DNA from: an alpha proteobacterium MED-G09
GTDB taxonomy: Bacteria > Pseudomonadota > Alphaproteobacteria > MED-G09
Direction of reading: 5' to 3'
NCBI GenBank assembly: GCA_905182015.1
Contig: CAJIZT010000007.1
Coordinates: forward strand, 147,570 to 211,569
DNA: 64,000 nucleotides
Part shown: positions 40,693 to 51,484 of the stretch, piece after piece
How positions within the stretch are numbered: the first letter of the stretch is position 1
Layout of the letters: every line of letters starts with the position of its first letter
The notes under the pieces: model-generated
The model's input: the letters and a program-made list of their open reading frames with translations, nothing else
Database searches by the model: none
Told to the model about the DNA's origin: nothing
Position numbers and translations under genes: made by a program

Positions 40693-42058
40693 TCTTTAGC
40701 CTTTTAATCCAATCATTAGCTGCTTTCTTAACATTTCTTGGAGAGGTTCCACCTTCTGATTTTTTTCTATTAACTGATTTCTCCGCACTTAAAACATTAT
40801 AAATATCTTCATTTATTCTTTTATCGAATTTTTTTAGATTATCTATATCTATCTTATCCAGAGTCATATTCTCTGTAATGCAATGCTTAACAATCTCACC
40901 AGTTACCTTGTGTGCCGATCTGAAGGGCATGTCTAACTCTTGGACAAGCCAGTCTGCTAAATCTGTTGCAGTTGAAAACTGATTGGATGCAGCCTCACTC
41001 ATATTCTTGATATTTGGCTTCATACTTTGAACCATCGCAGTCATCGCTTGCAGACACATTATGATATTATCTAAAGCATCGAATGTTGGCTCTTTATCTT
41101 CCTGCAAATCTTTTGAATAAGCTAGTGGAAGGCCCTTAATCACAACTAACATTGTTATTAAAGATCCTATTAACCTCCCGGACTTTCCTCTTACAAGTTC
41201 TGCAAGATCAGGATTTTTCTTTTGCGGCATAATGGAGGAGCCAGTTGTGAGATCGTCTGGCAATTCAATAAAGTTAAATCCATCTGAGAGCCATAAAACA
41301 ATTTCCTCTGCAAATCTAGACAAGTGAACTGAGCATATGGCTATTGATGACATTGTTTCTAGTACAAAGTCTCTCGATGAAACTGCATCTAAAGAATTTC
41401 TCATAGGATTATTGAATCCTAGTGCCTTTGTTGTCATTTTTCTATTTATAGGAAATGAGGTACCCGAGATGGCCCCTGAGCCTAAAGGATTCTCGTTTAA
41501 TCTTTTAGTACAATCAATAATCCTACCTTTGTCCCTGGATAACATTTCAACATAAGCTAGGAGGTGATGGCCCATAGTAATTGGTTGAGCTGTTTGCATG
41601 TGTGTAAAGCCAGGCATTAGTGTTTTATAATTTTCCTCCGCTTTTTCTGCTAAAGTCATTTGAAGAGAGGATATCTGTCCTATTATTTCAGAGTTTTTTT
41701 TTCTAACATAAAGCCTAAGATCAGTTGCCACTTGATCATTTCTTGATCTTCCAGTGTGGAGCCTTTTTGCTGGTTCACCAATATCCTTATGAAGCTTTGA
41801 TTCTATATTCATATGAATATCTTCTAGTTCTTTATCTAGACTAAATTTTCCTTTATTAAACTGAATTCTGATTCTCTTGAGACCTGCTATTATTGATACT
41901 GAATCTTTCTTTGAAATTATTTTACAGTTTGCTAGCATTTGTGCATGAGCAATTGAGGCTTCAACATCATCGTCAAATAGTTTATAATCAAAATCAATTG
42001 AAGAATTAACATTTTGTAAAAGCTTTGAGGGCTCTGAGGAAAATCTTCCTCCCCACAT
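40685..42058 (-). CDS. argH: argininosuccinate lyase
   Basis: Fumarate-lyase signature GSSIMPQKKNPD. Start placed at MWGGRFS, since the ORF-track start at 42094 is a 12-codon over-extension. Confidence 0.95.
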   Translation of the reverse strand: MWGGRFSSEPSKLLQNVNSSIDFDYKLFDDDVEASIAHAQMLANCKIISKKDSVSIIAGLKRIRIQFNKGKFSLDKELEDIHMNIESKLHKDIGEPAKRLHTGRSRNDQVATDLRLYVRKKNSEIIGQISSLQMTLAEKAEENYKTLMPGFTHMQTAQPITMGHHLLAYVEMLSRDKGRIIDCTKRLNENPLGSGAISGTSFPINRKMTTKALGFNNPMRNSLDAVSSRDFVLETMSSIAICSVHLSRFAEEIVLWLSDGFNFIELPDDLTTGSSIMPQKKNPDLAELVRGKSGRLIGSLITMLVVIKGLPLAYSKDLQEDKEPTFDALDNIIMCLQAMTAMVQSMKPNIKNMSEAASNQFSTATDLADWLVQELDMPFRSAHKVTGEIVKHCITENMTLDKIDIDNLKKFDKRINEDIYNVLSAEKSVNRKKSEGGTSPRNVKKAANDWIKRLKNE

Positions 42059-42121
42059 TTTATTTTTTGAGGTCTTCTTAACCATATTTTTCAACCTGTT
42101 AATTTATTAAGGTAGTAACTA

Positions 42122-42667
42122 ATGAATATATTAAAAAAACCACTCTTAATAGGCTTAATTATCATATCTTTTTCTGTGTTTGTATTTATTAATTATTCTA
42201 GTAATAAAAATAATAAAATATTCACAAAATTCATCAATGATACATCGTTAGAAACTGTAAGCTTTCTTAATAAAGATCAAAAAAAATTCTTTTTATCTGA
42301 TTTTAAAGGAAAAGTCTTGCTGGTAAATCTTTGGGCTACTTGGTGTCTTCCTTGCAAGATAGAGATGCCATCCCTAGATAGATTACAAAAAAACCTCGGG
42401 GATAATAATTTTGAAGTTATTGCAATAGCCGTAGAGAAAACTAATATTTCAAAAATTATTGATTTTTATAAGGAAACTAATATTGATCATTTAAAAATTT
42501 ATCAGGACAAAACAACGAAGTCTGGCTTATACACTAAAGCTACCGGATTACCATTAACGCTTCTTATCGGAAAAAATGGTGAAGAGATCGGGCGCAGGAA
42601 TGGACCATGGGAATGGGATTCAGACGAAGTGATGAGTATTATTCAAGAGCTAAAAACAGCTAATTAA
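42122..42667 (+). CDS. periplasmic thiol:disulfide oxidoreductase TlpA/ResA family
   Basis: N-terminal anchor and a thioredoxin fold with WATWCLPC. It is divergent from argH, as for tlpA in rhizobia. Confidence 0.75.
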   Translation: MNILKKPLLIGLIIISFSVFVFINYSSNKNNKIFTKFINDTSLETVSFLNKDQKKFFLSDFKGKVLLVNLWATWCLPCKIEMPSLDRLQKNLGDNNFEVIAIAVEKTNISKIIDFYKETNIDHLKIYQDKTTKSGLYTKATGLPLTLLIGKNGEEIGRRNGPWEWDSDEVMSIIQELKTAN

Positions 42668-42668
42668 A

Positions 42669-43619
42669 CTAGCCTAAAGCTTCATTAAGCTCTGGAATAG
42701 CTTTGAACAAGTCAGCCACTAGACCATAATCAGCAACTTGAAAAATTGGCGCCTCTTCATCCTTGTTGATCGCCACTATTACTTTTGAATCCTTCATTCC
42801 AGCAAGATGTTGTATAGCTCCCGATATACCGACAGCAATATAAAGGTCGGGTGCTACGACCTTTCCCGTTTGACCAACCTGGTAATCGTTTGGAACAAAG
42901 CCGGCATCAACAGCTGCTCTTGATGCACCAAGGGCTGCACCAAGTTTATCGGCAACACCCTCTAGGAGAACAAAATTTTCACCATTTTGCATACCACGTC
43001 CACCAGAAATTATAATTTTTGCTGCAGTTAGTTCAGGCCTATCTGACTTTGTTAATTCTTCAGAAATATATACTGATAGATTTTTATCATCAACATTTTC
43101 TATATTTTCAATGGGAGCTGGATCTTGATCTCCTACTGCTTGGAAAGAAGGGGCTCGTAATGTTATTACCTTTTTATTTGATAGTGATTTCACAGTTTGA
43201 ATAGCATTACCGGCATATATTGGTCTATCAAATGTTTCAGAATCAATAACATTAATAATTTCAGATATCTGAGGTATATCAAGAAGAGCCGCTACTCGTG
43301 GCATAAAATTTTTACCAGTAGTTAATGCCATTGCTAATATTGCATTATAGCTATCTGAAATTCCAACAACAAGATCCGCATACGATTCTGCCATGTGTTT
43401 TTCATATATTGGATTGTCACAAAGAAGGACTTTTGATACACCCTCAATTTTTGATACATCTTCAGCAATTCCCAAGCAATCTTTGCCGGCAACTAAGACA
43501 TGAACTTCTTCACCAATCTTGATAGCTGCGTCCATAGCTTTCTTGTTAGATTCATTTAGGATTTTATTATCATGCTCTGCAATTAATAATGTAGTCATTT
43601 TAAATAACTCCTGCTTCAT
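42669..43619 (-). CDS. etfA: electron transfer flavoprotein alpha subunit
   Basis: 316-aa ORF with FAD-binding C-terminal domain ([15 protein letters not shown]). Confidence 0.9.
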   Translation of the reverse strand: MKQELFKMTTLLIAEHDNKILNESNKKAMDAAIKIGEEVHVLVAGKDCLGIAEDVSKIEGVSKVLLCDNPIYEKHMAESYADLVVGISDSYNAILAMALTTGKNFMPRVAALLDIPQISEIINVIDSETFDRPIYAGNAIQTVKSLSNKKVITLRAPSFQAVGDQDPAPIENIENVDDKNLSVYISEELTKSDRPELTAAKIIISGGRGMQNGENFVLLEGVADKLGAALGASRAAVDAGFVPNDYQVGQTGKVVAPDLYIAVGISGAIQHLAGMKDSKVIVAINKDEEAPIFQVADYGLVADLFKAIPELNEALG

Positions 43620-44355
43620 TTTTTAATTTATCAACTAATTCTTCTACAGTTTCTACTTTTATACCTGCTTCTCTTTGGGCTGGCTCAGAAACTTTTAAAA
43701 TCTCAAGCATAGGAGAGATTTGAATATTATAGTCTTCAGGACTTTTTTCATCTATAGGTTTTTTCTTTGCTTTCATTATATTTGGAAGAGATGCATACCT
43801 TGGCTCGTTGAGCCTAAGATCTGTTGTAATAATTGATGGTAATTTAATATCAATTGTTTGAAGACCACCATCAATTTCTCTTATCACATTAATCTTACCA
43901 TCAGAGAATTTTAATTCAGATGCAAAAGTTCCTTGTGACCAACCTAATAAAGCAGCTAACATTTGGCCCGTTTGATTGCTATCGTCATCAATGGCCTGCT
44001 TACCTAAAATAATTATCTCTGGATTCTCCTCTTCTGAAACTCCCTTAATAAGCTTTGCAACATTTAACGGCTCTACTAATTCATCGGTCTTAATTAAAAT
44101 ACCTCTATCTGCTCCCATTGCTAATGCTGTACGAATAGTTTCTTGTGCTTGCTGAGGGCCAATTGAAATTACAATAATTTCTGACACAGTACCCGCTTCC
44201 TTTAGCCTTATCGCTTCTTCAACAGCTATTTCATCGAAAGGATTCATAGACATTTTAATATTAGATAATTCTACACCAGAATTATCCGACTTGACGCGGA
44301 TTTTGACATTATAATCAACTACTCTTTTAATGGGCACAAGAACCTTCATTTTCAA
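43600..44355 (-). CDS. etfB: electron transfer flavoprotein beta subunit
   Basis: 251-aa [17 protein letters not shown]..., overlapping etfA by 20 bp. Confidence 0.9.
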   Translation of the reverse strand: MKMKVLVPIKRVVDYNVKIRVKSDNSGVELSNIKMSMNPFDEIAVEEAIRLKEAGTVSEIIVISIGPQQAQETIRTALAMGADRGILIKTDELVEPLNVAKLIKGVSEEENPEIIILGKQAIDDDSNQTGQMLAALLGWSQGTFASELKFSDGKINVIREIDGGLQTIDIKLPSIITTDLRLNEPRYASLPNIMKAKKKPIDEKSPEDYNIQISPMLEILKVSEPAQREAGIKVETVEELVDKLKNEAGVI

Positions 44356-44473
44356 TCTCCGACTTAGTTCAACATATTATTTTCAGAAACTAAAACCACT
44401 GACCATTCGTGTCAATCGAACATTTCAAATAGATATAATTAATTATACCTATTACATATTAATGCTCAAAGCT

Positions 44474-45067
44474 TTAGTTGTTGTTGTTTGTTTCTCCCGG
44501 CCTCCAAAGGGTATCACCTTGACCGCCTTGACCGGTCTGATTTGCATACCGGGCTGCAACAAAACAAAGATCGGAAAGCCTATTTACATACCTTAATGAC
44601 ACCAACGAGACTGAATTTTTCTCTAATAATGATAATTGTACCATTAATCTCTCAGCTCGTCTTATAACCGTTCTAGCTAAGTGAAGGTAAGAGGAAGCAG
44701 GAGTCCCCCCTGGTAAAACAAAAGATCTTAAGGGTTCAAGGTTAATATTTAATTGATCAATCTCCTGTTCAACTCTATCCACTTGCTGTTGCACTATGGT
44801 AAGACCCTTTGAGCCTTCTTTGGGAGGCGAAGATAGTTCTGCACCAAGGTCAAAAAGTTCATTTTGAATTGAACCTAAGAATGTATCAAGAATTATAAGC
44901 TCTGAAGTTTTTGTATAAGCTCTAACTATTCCGATGATAGAGTTTGCTTCATCAATTGTTCCATACGTCTCAACCCTTATATCATCTTTAGATACTCTTG
45001 AGCCGTCACTAAGACTTGTTGAACCTTTATCACCAGTTTTTGTATATATTTTATTTAGTATAACCAT
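44474..45067 (-). CDS. ATP:cob(I)alamin adenosyltransferase, PduO/MMAB type
   Basis: N-terminal IYTKTGDKGSTSL and the helical bundle are typical of PduO-type ATR. Confidence 0.8.
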   Translation of the reverse strand: MVILNKIYTKTGDKGSTSLSDGSRVSKDDIRVETYGTIDEANSIIGIVRAYTKTSELIILDTFLGSIQNELFDLGAELSSPPKEGSKGLTIVQQQVDRVEQEIDQLNINLEPLRSFVLPGGTPASSYLHLARTVIRRAERLMVQLSLLEKNSVSLVSLRYVNRLSDLCFVAARYANQTGQGGQGDTLWRPGETNNNN

Positions 45068-45576
45068 TAATTAATTTTCCAGGCGAGACGCAAGCCGACG
45101 CTAGTAAGGCCTTGGTTTGGATCACATAGACTGCCATTAGACATGTGCTGAGCAGATAGTTGTAAAATTGTGTTTTCTCTGACTTTATAACCAAAAGCAA
45201 TCATCTCTCTAAAATTTATTTTACATCCAAACCCAAGTTTATTGTTCTTTATATCGCGCTCACCAGAATGAAGTGCTGCTCCAAAAGCAAGTTCTCCGGA
45301 GAATTTCCCTTTTTTAAAGATCTCCCATGTTGATCCGGCATAAATTAAGTGAGTATTATTAGCTAAGCTAATTTGCGTTCCTAGGTGAGGCCTTCCTAGG
45401 TATGGGTGCCACTTCTCTGGCTTATCAAAAATTTTTTCAAAAGATAGTGATGGACCACCCTCCACCCTTCTTTCAACATCGTGCATTGATAGCCCCAGCC
45501 TGTATTCTGCAGCTTTAGTTGGAATTGTGGATGTTAAAACAAAAAAGAGAAGTAATAGTATTATATTTTTTTTCAA
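45067..45576 (-). CDS. PagL-like lipid A deacylase / acyloxyacyl hydrolase family outer-membrane protein
   Basis: Signal peptide and small beta-barrel with the His...Ser motif SAQHMSNGSL near the C-terminus. Confidence 0.5.
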   Translation of the reverse strand: MKKNIILLLLFFVLTSTIPTKAAEYRLGLSMHDVERRVEGGPSLSFEKIFDKPEKWHPYLGRPHLGTQISLANNTHLIYAGSTWEIFKKGKFSGELAFGAALHSGERDIKNNKLGFGCKINFREMIAFGYKVRENTILQLSAQHMSNGSLCDPNQGLTSVGLRLAWKIN

Positions 45577-45660
45577 TTAGTGCTCCATAAAATTAATATA
45601 ATTTTAATTATAAGTAACTAAAAATTTAATCTAATAGGCTATAGAAAGTAAAATTTAAAA

Positions 45661-47295
45661 TTATTTGTTTTTATTTTCCATAAGCCTTCTCGCGATTACC
45701 TGTGCTTGGATCTCAGCTGTTCCTTCAAAAATACTTAATATTCTGGCATCAGCTAGAATTCTACTTATAGGGGTTTCCATAGCAAATCCCATTCCGCCAT
45801 GTATCTGCAATGCATTATCGGCTGATGACCAAGCAACTCTCGCACCCAAGAGTTTCGCCATTCCCGCCTCCATATCACACCTTTGGTTTGAGTCTTTAAT
45901 ATTAGCTGCATGAAATGTTAGCTGCCTTACAATCATTGTTTCAGCAAACATCATTATTAACTTTTCACTTATTCTAGGAAATTCAATTAATTTTTTACTA
46001 AATTGAATTCTATCAGTGGCATATGATAGGGCAACGTCACAAGCATTTTGAGATACACCTATTGCCCTTGCAGCTGTTTGTATTCTAGCAGATTCAAAAG
46101 TTGACATTAAATGAATAAACCCCTTTCCTTCGACTCCCCCCAGAAGATTTTCAGAAGGAATTTCAAAGCCGTCAAAGGCAATATCGAACTCTTTCATACC
46201 CCGATAACCAATTACATTGATCTCTCCGCCGCTCATGCCATCGGCAGGGAAAAATTCATTTACATTTTCTCTTGGTTTTTCTGCAAGAAACATTGAAAGA
46301 CCCTTGTGATCAGATAGATCATTATTTGTTCTCACCAGAAGAGTCATTAGATCGGCCCTTGCCCCATGGGTAATCCATGTTTTATTCCCCTGAATTAGGT
46401 ATTGATCACCATGAATTGTACCTCTTGTTTTTAAGTGGGCTAAATCCGAACCAATATCAGGCTCTGAAAAAACCGCAGTTGGAAAAATTTCTCCACTTGC
46501 GATATCTTTAAGATATTTCTTCTTTTGGTTTTCTGTTCCGCCAATCAATATTAGCTCTGCGGCTATTTCTGAACGTGTTCCAAGTGAGCCAACTCCGATC
46601 CAACCTCGAGATAGTTCTTCAGATACAATGCACATAGCTTTTTTTTCTAACCCAAGACCACCATACTTTTCAGGAATTGTTAATCCGAATACCCCTAAGT
46701 CTGCCATTTTTTTTATTACATCTAACGGGATATATTCGTCGTTTAGGTGCCATTTATGAGCATTTGGAGAAATTTCTTCATCTACAAATCTTTTGAATTG
46801 ATTTTTTATTTCTTGAAATGTTTCATCAAGACCGTCGTCTGGACTTATTCCAGATTCCTTACTGTCTAACAGTAACTTCATTACTCGATTTTTTTCTTTA
46901 CTAGAGGATCGCTCAACCAAGGGTTTAGAAATTTTTCTGAAATTCTCTAAAGTTAAGCTAGAAATTTTTAATTCATGAGGTCTTATAGTCTCATTTTGAC
47001 TCATCGGTATGCCATGAAGAATTTGTAAACAGTATTCTCCTGCGCCGATACCAGCCAATCCTTCTTCGAGAGGCGTTAATCTACTTTGATTATTTAGATT
47101 TTCGATCCAATTTTTTAATTGAGATATAGCTTCGATATATGTCGCGTACCATGCAATTCCATGACCTATATGTTGATTTAAATTAAGGTTATTAATATCG
47201 CTTAGGTTTTTATTATTATCTTTTGCTTCTGAGAGTATATCTTTTGATGCATTAAAGGCACCTTCAATTTCTTGAACCAAATTGATGCTTTTCAT
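45661..47295 (-). CDS. acyl-CoA dehydrogenase family protein (with N-terminal extension)
   Basis: ACAD middle and C-terminal domains (catalytic-base region IFEGTAEIQ) in a 544-aa ORF. Confidence 0.8.
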   Translation of the reverse strand: MKSINLVQEIEGAFNASKDILSEAKDNNKNLSDINNLNLNQHIGHGIAWYATYIEAISQLKNWIENLNNQSRLTPLEEGLAGIGAGEYCLQILHGIPMSQNETIRPHELKISSLTLENFRKISKPLVERSSSKEKNRVMKLLLDSKESGISPDDGLDETFQEIKNQFKRFVDEEISPNAHKWHLNDEYIPLDVIKKMADLGVFGLTIPEKYGGLGLEKKAMCIVSEELSRGWIGVGSLGTRSEIAAELILIGGTENQKKKYLKDIASGEIFPTAVFSEPDIGSDLAHLKTRGTIHGDQYLIQGNKTWITHGARADLMTLLVRTNNDLSDHKGLSMFLAEKPRENVNEFFPADGMSGGEINVIGYRGMKEFDIAFDGFEIPSENLLGGVEGKGFIHLMSTFESARIQTAARAIGVSQNACDVALSYATDRIQFSKKLIEFPRISEKLIMMFAETMIVRQLTFHAANIKDSNQRCDMEAGMAKLLGARVAWSSADNALQIHGGMGFAMETPISRILADARILSIFEGTAEIQAQVIARRLMENKNK

Positions 47296-47400
47296 ATTTT
47301 AAATCTCGCTGATAATCATTAATAATTTAATATGTTTTTTTATCACATTTTTATGAATTATGGCTAGGTCATTTTAACGCACCAGATATTTTTTCTTAAA

Positions 47401-48303
47401 CTAGATATCAAATGGAAGAGGTTCTAATGACTGAACCATTGATAGGATCTTTTCTCTTGATACGCCTTCTTCTCTAAGTGACTTTATTGATGTGGAGTTA
47501 TTGGATTTTGCTAGTTTTATTCCACCCCCCTCCCTTAATAAATTATGATGATACCAACTAGTTTCTGGTAAATTTAAAATTATCTGTAAAAGTCTGTGTA
47601 TTGATGTCGCAGGATATAAATCCAAACCTCTAGTAACAAGGTTGATTCCTTGTTCAGCGTCATCAATCGTGACCGAAAGATGATAAGATGTTGGCATTTC
47701 TTTTCTGCCAATTACAAAGTCTCCATAAAGTGAGGGTTCTATATTTTTTTTACCTTTTGGCTCTAAACCAATCTCATTGTATGTAATTTTTTTACCATAC
47801 TTTTCTTGAGCGTAAGCTATCGCTTTATTTATATCAAGACGCCATGAAAAATCTATGCCGCTCAGCATCATATTAGATTTTTTAACTTTTGAGATTTCTT
47901 TATATATTCCTGGATAAATATATTGTCCATCAGGGTCAATCGGCCAAGAAGAAAGACTGGTTAAATTTTTTTTAATTTCTTTTTTAATTTCTGATCGACT
48001 CGCCCAGCATGGATATATTAAATTTAAGTCACGCAATTTCCTTATATAAGACTCATAATTACTAAAGAATTCAGATTGTCGTCTTACATCCTTTTCATAT
48101 TTTATTTTTAGCCATGCTAGATCGTCATAAATAGAATCCTCAAAACCTTTCTTACATCTGCCGATATCAATATCCTCAATTCTTAGAAAGAATTTACCAT
48201 TATTTTTACTAGCTAAATTTTGACCCACGATTGCAGAAAAGGCATGACCAAGATGTAGGTAACCATTTGGACTGGGTGCGAATCTAGTATTATATTTTAT
48301 CAT
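47401..48303 (-). CDS. gluQ: tRNA glutamyl-Q(34) synthetase
   Basis: Truncated GluRS catalytic domain: FAPSPNGYLHLGH (HIGH) ... about 300 aa lacking an anticodon-binding domain. Confidence 0.85.
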   Translation of the reverse strand: MIKYNTRFAPSPNGYLHLGHAFSAIVGQNLASKNNGKFFLRIEDIDIGRCKKGFEDSIYDDLAWLKIKYEKDVRRQSEFFSNYESYIRKLRDLNLIYPCWASRSEIKKEIKKNLTSLSSWPIDPDGQYIYPGIYKEISKVKKSNMMLSGIDFSWRLDINKAIAYAQEKYGKKITYNEIGLEPKGKKNIEPSLYGDFVIGRKEMPTSYHLSVTIDDAEQGINLVTRGLDLYPATSIHRLLQIILNLPETSWYHHNLLREGGGIKLAKSNNSTSIKSLREEGVSREKILSMVQSLEPLPFDI

Positions 48304-48354
48304 TATTTTTATAAAATTATTTTTTTTTAAATAGAATCATTATTAATATTAAAT

Positions 48355-48930
48355 ATGTTATCTGAATTAAATTTATCAGTAAATCAACACCCAGACTCTT
48401 GCCCTGCTTTGGTCCTTAACGCTGACTTTAGGCCTCTTTCATACTACCCTCTTTCTTTGTGGTCTTGGCAGGATGCAATTAAAGCAGTATTTCTTGATAG
48501 AGTAAATATTGTTTCAAGTTATGATAAAGCAGTGCATTCTCCAAGTTTTGAAATAAAGTTACCTTCTATTGTTTGTCTCAAGAATTACGTTAAACCTCCT
48601 CTATGGCCTGCCTTTACGAGATTTAATTTATTCCTGCGAGACAGATTTAGTTGCCAATATTGTGGTGTCAGTTCTGATTTAACTTTTGACCACTTACTAC
48701 CCCGCTCTAAGGGTGGTCAAACGACTTGGGAAAATGTTGTCACGGCATGCTCCAAATGCAATTTGAGGAAATCCAATCATTTATATCAGGAAGCTAATAT
48801 GAAGCCATCACAATGGCCCTATAAGCCTAATGTTCATGAATTACATAAGAATGGTAGATTATTTCCTCCCAATTTTCTTCATGATGGCTGGATGGATTAT
48901 CTTTACTGGGATTCAGAATTAGAGGCTTAA
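48355..48930 (+). CDS. HNH endonuclease-domain protein
   Basis: CQYCG ... DHLLPRSKGG ... WENVVTACSKCNLRK is the HNH beta-beta-alpha Zn-finger motif. Confidence 0.75.
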   Translation: MLSELNLSVNQHPDSCPALVLNADFRPLSYYPLSLWSWQDAIKAVFLDRVNIVSSYDKAVHSPSFEIKLPSIVCLKNYVKPPLWPAFTRFNLFLRDRFSCQYCGVSSDLTFDHLLPRSKGGQTTWENVVTACSKCNLRKSNHLYQEANMKPSQWPYKPNVHELHKNGRLFPPNFLHDGWMDYLYWDSELEA

Positions 48931-49454
48931 ATTTTTTCAGATAAATTTATTGCTGTTTTACAACCTATCTTAACCAATCTCTTAAAGGCTCTTAGGGTGG
49001 GAGTATTTTCTGATATCTCGTTTTTTGCAATTCTCTCATGCTCTATTTCTTCAACATGGAATTTCCTTATTGTTTCTAAGATATTAGATTCCTTACCTGA
49101 ATTTTCTAATTCCTTAATCTGATCTGAATAATGTCCATCTATAACATCCTCTACAGCTTCAGTGCATGCCATAACAGAATCTTTTCCAGCTATTGCAGAC
49201 ATAATACCTAAGGTGTATCCCGCTATGTTCCATAGTGGCATTAATACTGTGGGCCTAGTTCCCCTTTCATCAATAAGCCTATCAAATTCATCAGCATGAG
49301 CTTTTTCTCCTTGAGCCATTTCTAAAATAATTTCTGATGTTTTTTTATCACCAATTAATTTTAAAACTGAAAGTTGGCCTCTATATATTGCAATTGCACC
49401 ATGTTCTCCGGCATGATCAACTCTTATTATTTCATCTAACCGTTTTTTTTTCAT
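48927..49454 (-). CDS. coq7: demethoxyubiquinone hydroxylase (COQ7, di-iron carboxylate type)
   Basis: VDHAGEHGA ... EKAHADE ... EEIEHE ferritin-like E-x-x-H repeats. Confidence 0.8.
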   Translation of the reverse strand: MKKKRLDEIIRVDHAGEHGAIAIYRGQLSVLKLIGDKKTSEIILEMAQGEKAHADEFDRLIDERGTRPTVLMPLWNIAGYTLGIMSAIAGKDSVMACTEAVEDVIDGHYSDQIKELENSGKESNILETIRKFHVEEIEHERIAKNEISENTPTLRAFKRLVKIGCKTAINLSEKI

Positions 49455-49903
49455 TCTTTTTTCCAGATATTTTTACTTATAATTAAAGAAGTGAGTAATG
49501 AAAGAATAGAATTATAACTTGCTAATGATAACCCTAAAAATCTAAATGAGGCTTGATTACATTGTGGCGCAGATGGACTTGACTTCAACGTTTCGAGTAA
49601 GTCGGTGGCGTAGTTATTTTCTTTTGCTACGCAGGTTTGAAAGCCCTCCCAAAAGCCCCATTCTATTCCCGCATGCCATGCTGCCAACATTGAGTTTAAA
49701 AAAAGAAAAAATGAGATACACATTAAAAAGTAATTATTATTATTCTTTAGAATTAGGTTTGGAGTAATTGCTAGTACTAAAGAAACATACCATGCCCATC
49801 TTTGCTTTAGGCATAAGTCGCAAGGCTCAAGACCAATTATTTCCATTATATGAACCGTTATCAGAACAAGGGACGCTAGAAGTATAAAATTACGATTTAT
49901 CAA
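49451..49903 (-). CDS. dsbB: disulfide bond formation protein B
   Basis: Four TM helices, a periplasmic CDLC pair and a second Cys pair (C...C in loop 2). It overlaps its neighbours by 4 bp on both sides. Confidence 0.7.
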   Translation of the reverse strand: MINRNFILLASLVLITVHIMEIIGLEPCDLCLKQRWAWYVSLVLAITPNLILKNNNNYFLMCISFFLFLNSMLAAWHAGIEWGFWEGFQTCVAKENNYATDLLETLKSSPSAPQCNQASFRFLGLSLASYNSILSLLTSLIISKNIWKKE

Positions 49904-50481
49904 TTAAAAATTACCTTTTTAATTATAATGAATCCTATCAATGACACTAAAAGTATAATTGTTAATACAAAAAAGTATTTTTTTATAATATTCTCAGCCC
50001 TATTACCGAGCGATCGGCATAAAATTGCTTCAGATAAAAATCTTAAGCCTCTTGACGCTAAGCTAAAGATTATAAAAACAGGAAAAGAAATTCCGCTTAC
50101 TCCGGAGGCTATCGCAGCTATTTTATAAGGAATGGGAGTAAATCCAGCAATAAAGATGAATAAATAACCATATTCATTGATTGAAAGAGAAAATTCTTGA
50201 AATTTTTCAATTAAATCAAAATTTTCTATTATCTTAATGCCCACTGTATCAAACAGCAGAAAGCCGATCATGTATGCTATCGCGCCGCCAAGTACAGAAA
50301 ATAAAGTCGTATATAGGGCTAAAGATATTGCCCTGTCCTTATTGGCAAGAGCCATTGGTATTAAAAAAGTATCAGTTGGTATTGGAAGAAAAATACTTTC
50401 CGAAAATGATATTACATAAAGGTAGAGCGGGCTTCTTTTATCTTTTAGTATTTTATAAAATTTATTACTCAAAAAACTCAT
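49900..50481 (-). CDS. DedA/YqaA-family membrane protein
   Basis: SNARE-associated motif region FLPIPTDTFLIPMA and 4-5 TM helices. Confidence 0.6.
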   Translation of the reverse strand: MSFLSNKFYKILKDKRSPLYLYVISFSESIFLPIPTDTFLIPMALANKDRAISLALYTTLFSVLGGAIAYMIGFLLFDTVGIKIIENFDLIEKFQEFSLSINEYGYLFIFIAGFTPIPYKIAAIASGVSGISFPVFIIFSLASRGLRFLSEAILCRSLGNRAENIIKKYFFVLTIILLVSLIGFIIIKKVIFN

Positions 50482-50493
50482 TCCTTAACCCAT

Positions 50494-50579
50494 GGTGCGG
50501 GTGGGGAGACTTGAACTCCCACTCAGTTGCCTGAACCAGATTTTGAATCTGGCGCGTCTACCGGTTCCGCCACACCCGC
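50494..50579 (-). tRNA. tRNA-Leu (anticodon CAA)
   Basis: The reverse complement is GCGGGTG...CCAGA-UUCAAAA-UCUGG...long variable arm...GGGAGTTCAAGTCTCCC...CACCCGC-ACCA. Confidence 0.9.
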
Positions 50580-50684
50580 TTTTTATAATCATAAAACCTT
50601 AATTATAATATTTAATCCAATAAATTTGAAATAATTACTATTTATTTATCTTTGAAATTTAATTTTATTTTGTTAAAATCAATT

Positions 50685-51476
50685 ATGAAAAATTTTATAT
50701 TTAAAAGTGTTTACAATCTTTGGGTCAATAGGGTCAAGCCAATTAAAGCATTTAGAGCAATAAGGGCGCTTGATAGAAATAGGGAAGATACAACTCAAGT
50801 TTTTCATGTCATTGAAGCCTTAAAGGGTAATTCTGATAGACAATATTTTAAAATATTCTCTGAATCAAAGATTGGAAAAAATATATTACATAACAAACTT
50901 CAATTAGTTGATGTCCTTAAGGATAAGGTATACTTGTCTAAACTACCTAAGGATACCTTGGGATTTAAATATTATGAATTTATCTATAAGGAAAACCTTT
51001 CGCCAGATGAGCTGATTGAAGCTAGCGAAGCCAGTTCCGATAAGCATTACTCTAATAGAGGAATATCAGAGAATGAACTTTTCTTTAACACCAGAAAAAG
51101 AGATATGCATGATCTCTGGCATGTGGCGACGGGGTATGGAAGAGATGCTCTGGGAGAGCTCTCTCTTCTAGCCTTTACCTATGCACAAGAACAAAATCGA
51201 GGGGTAGGTGCAATTGCGCTATATGGATACTGGAAAGTTGGCAAAGTTTTAGCCGATCAGAATCTGAGTTTAAGGCAAGTAATATACGAGGGTTATACTA
51301 ATGGAAAAATTGCTAATTTATGGTCGTGTGAGGACTGGGAAAAATTAATTGAACTTCCTCTTGATGATGTTCGCAAGAGAATTAATTCAAAAAAGCCAAA
51401 TCTCTATCTCAACACCTTAGAGAAACTCAGTCTTCAACAAATAAATTTAAATAATAACCAAATTTTAACTGGCTAG
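50685..51476 (+). CDS. coq4: ubiquinone biosynthesis protein Coq4
   Basis: HDLWHVATGYG (HDxxH Zn motif) is characteristic of Coq4. Start placed at the ATG at 50685. Confidence 0.7.
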   Translation: MKNFIFKSVYNLWVNRVKPIKAFRAIRALDRNREDTTQVFHVIEALKGNSDRQYFKIFSESKIGKNILHNKLQLVDVLKDKVYLSKLPKDTLGFKYYEFIYKENLSPDELIEASEASSDKHYSNRGISENELFFNTRKRDMHDLWHVATGYGRDALGELSLLAFTYAQEQNRGVGAIALYGYWKVGKVLADQNLSLRQVIYEGYTNGKIANLWSCEDWEKLIELPLDDVRKRINSKKPNLYLNTLEKLSLQQINLNNNQILTG

Positions 51477-51484
51477 CCTAACAA

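Noticed and set aside
48355-48930. HNH gene as the nuclease of a restriction-modification or defense system
   Set aside because: No adjacent methyltransferase, ATPase or other defense gene. Its neighbours are gluQ and coq7, so it was kept only as a low-interest orphan nuclease.
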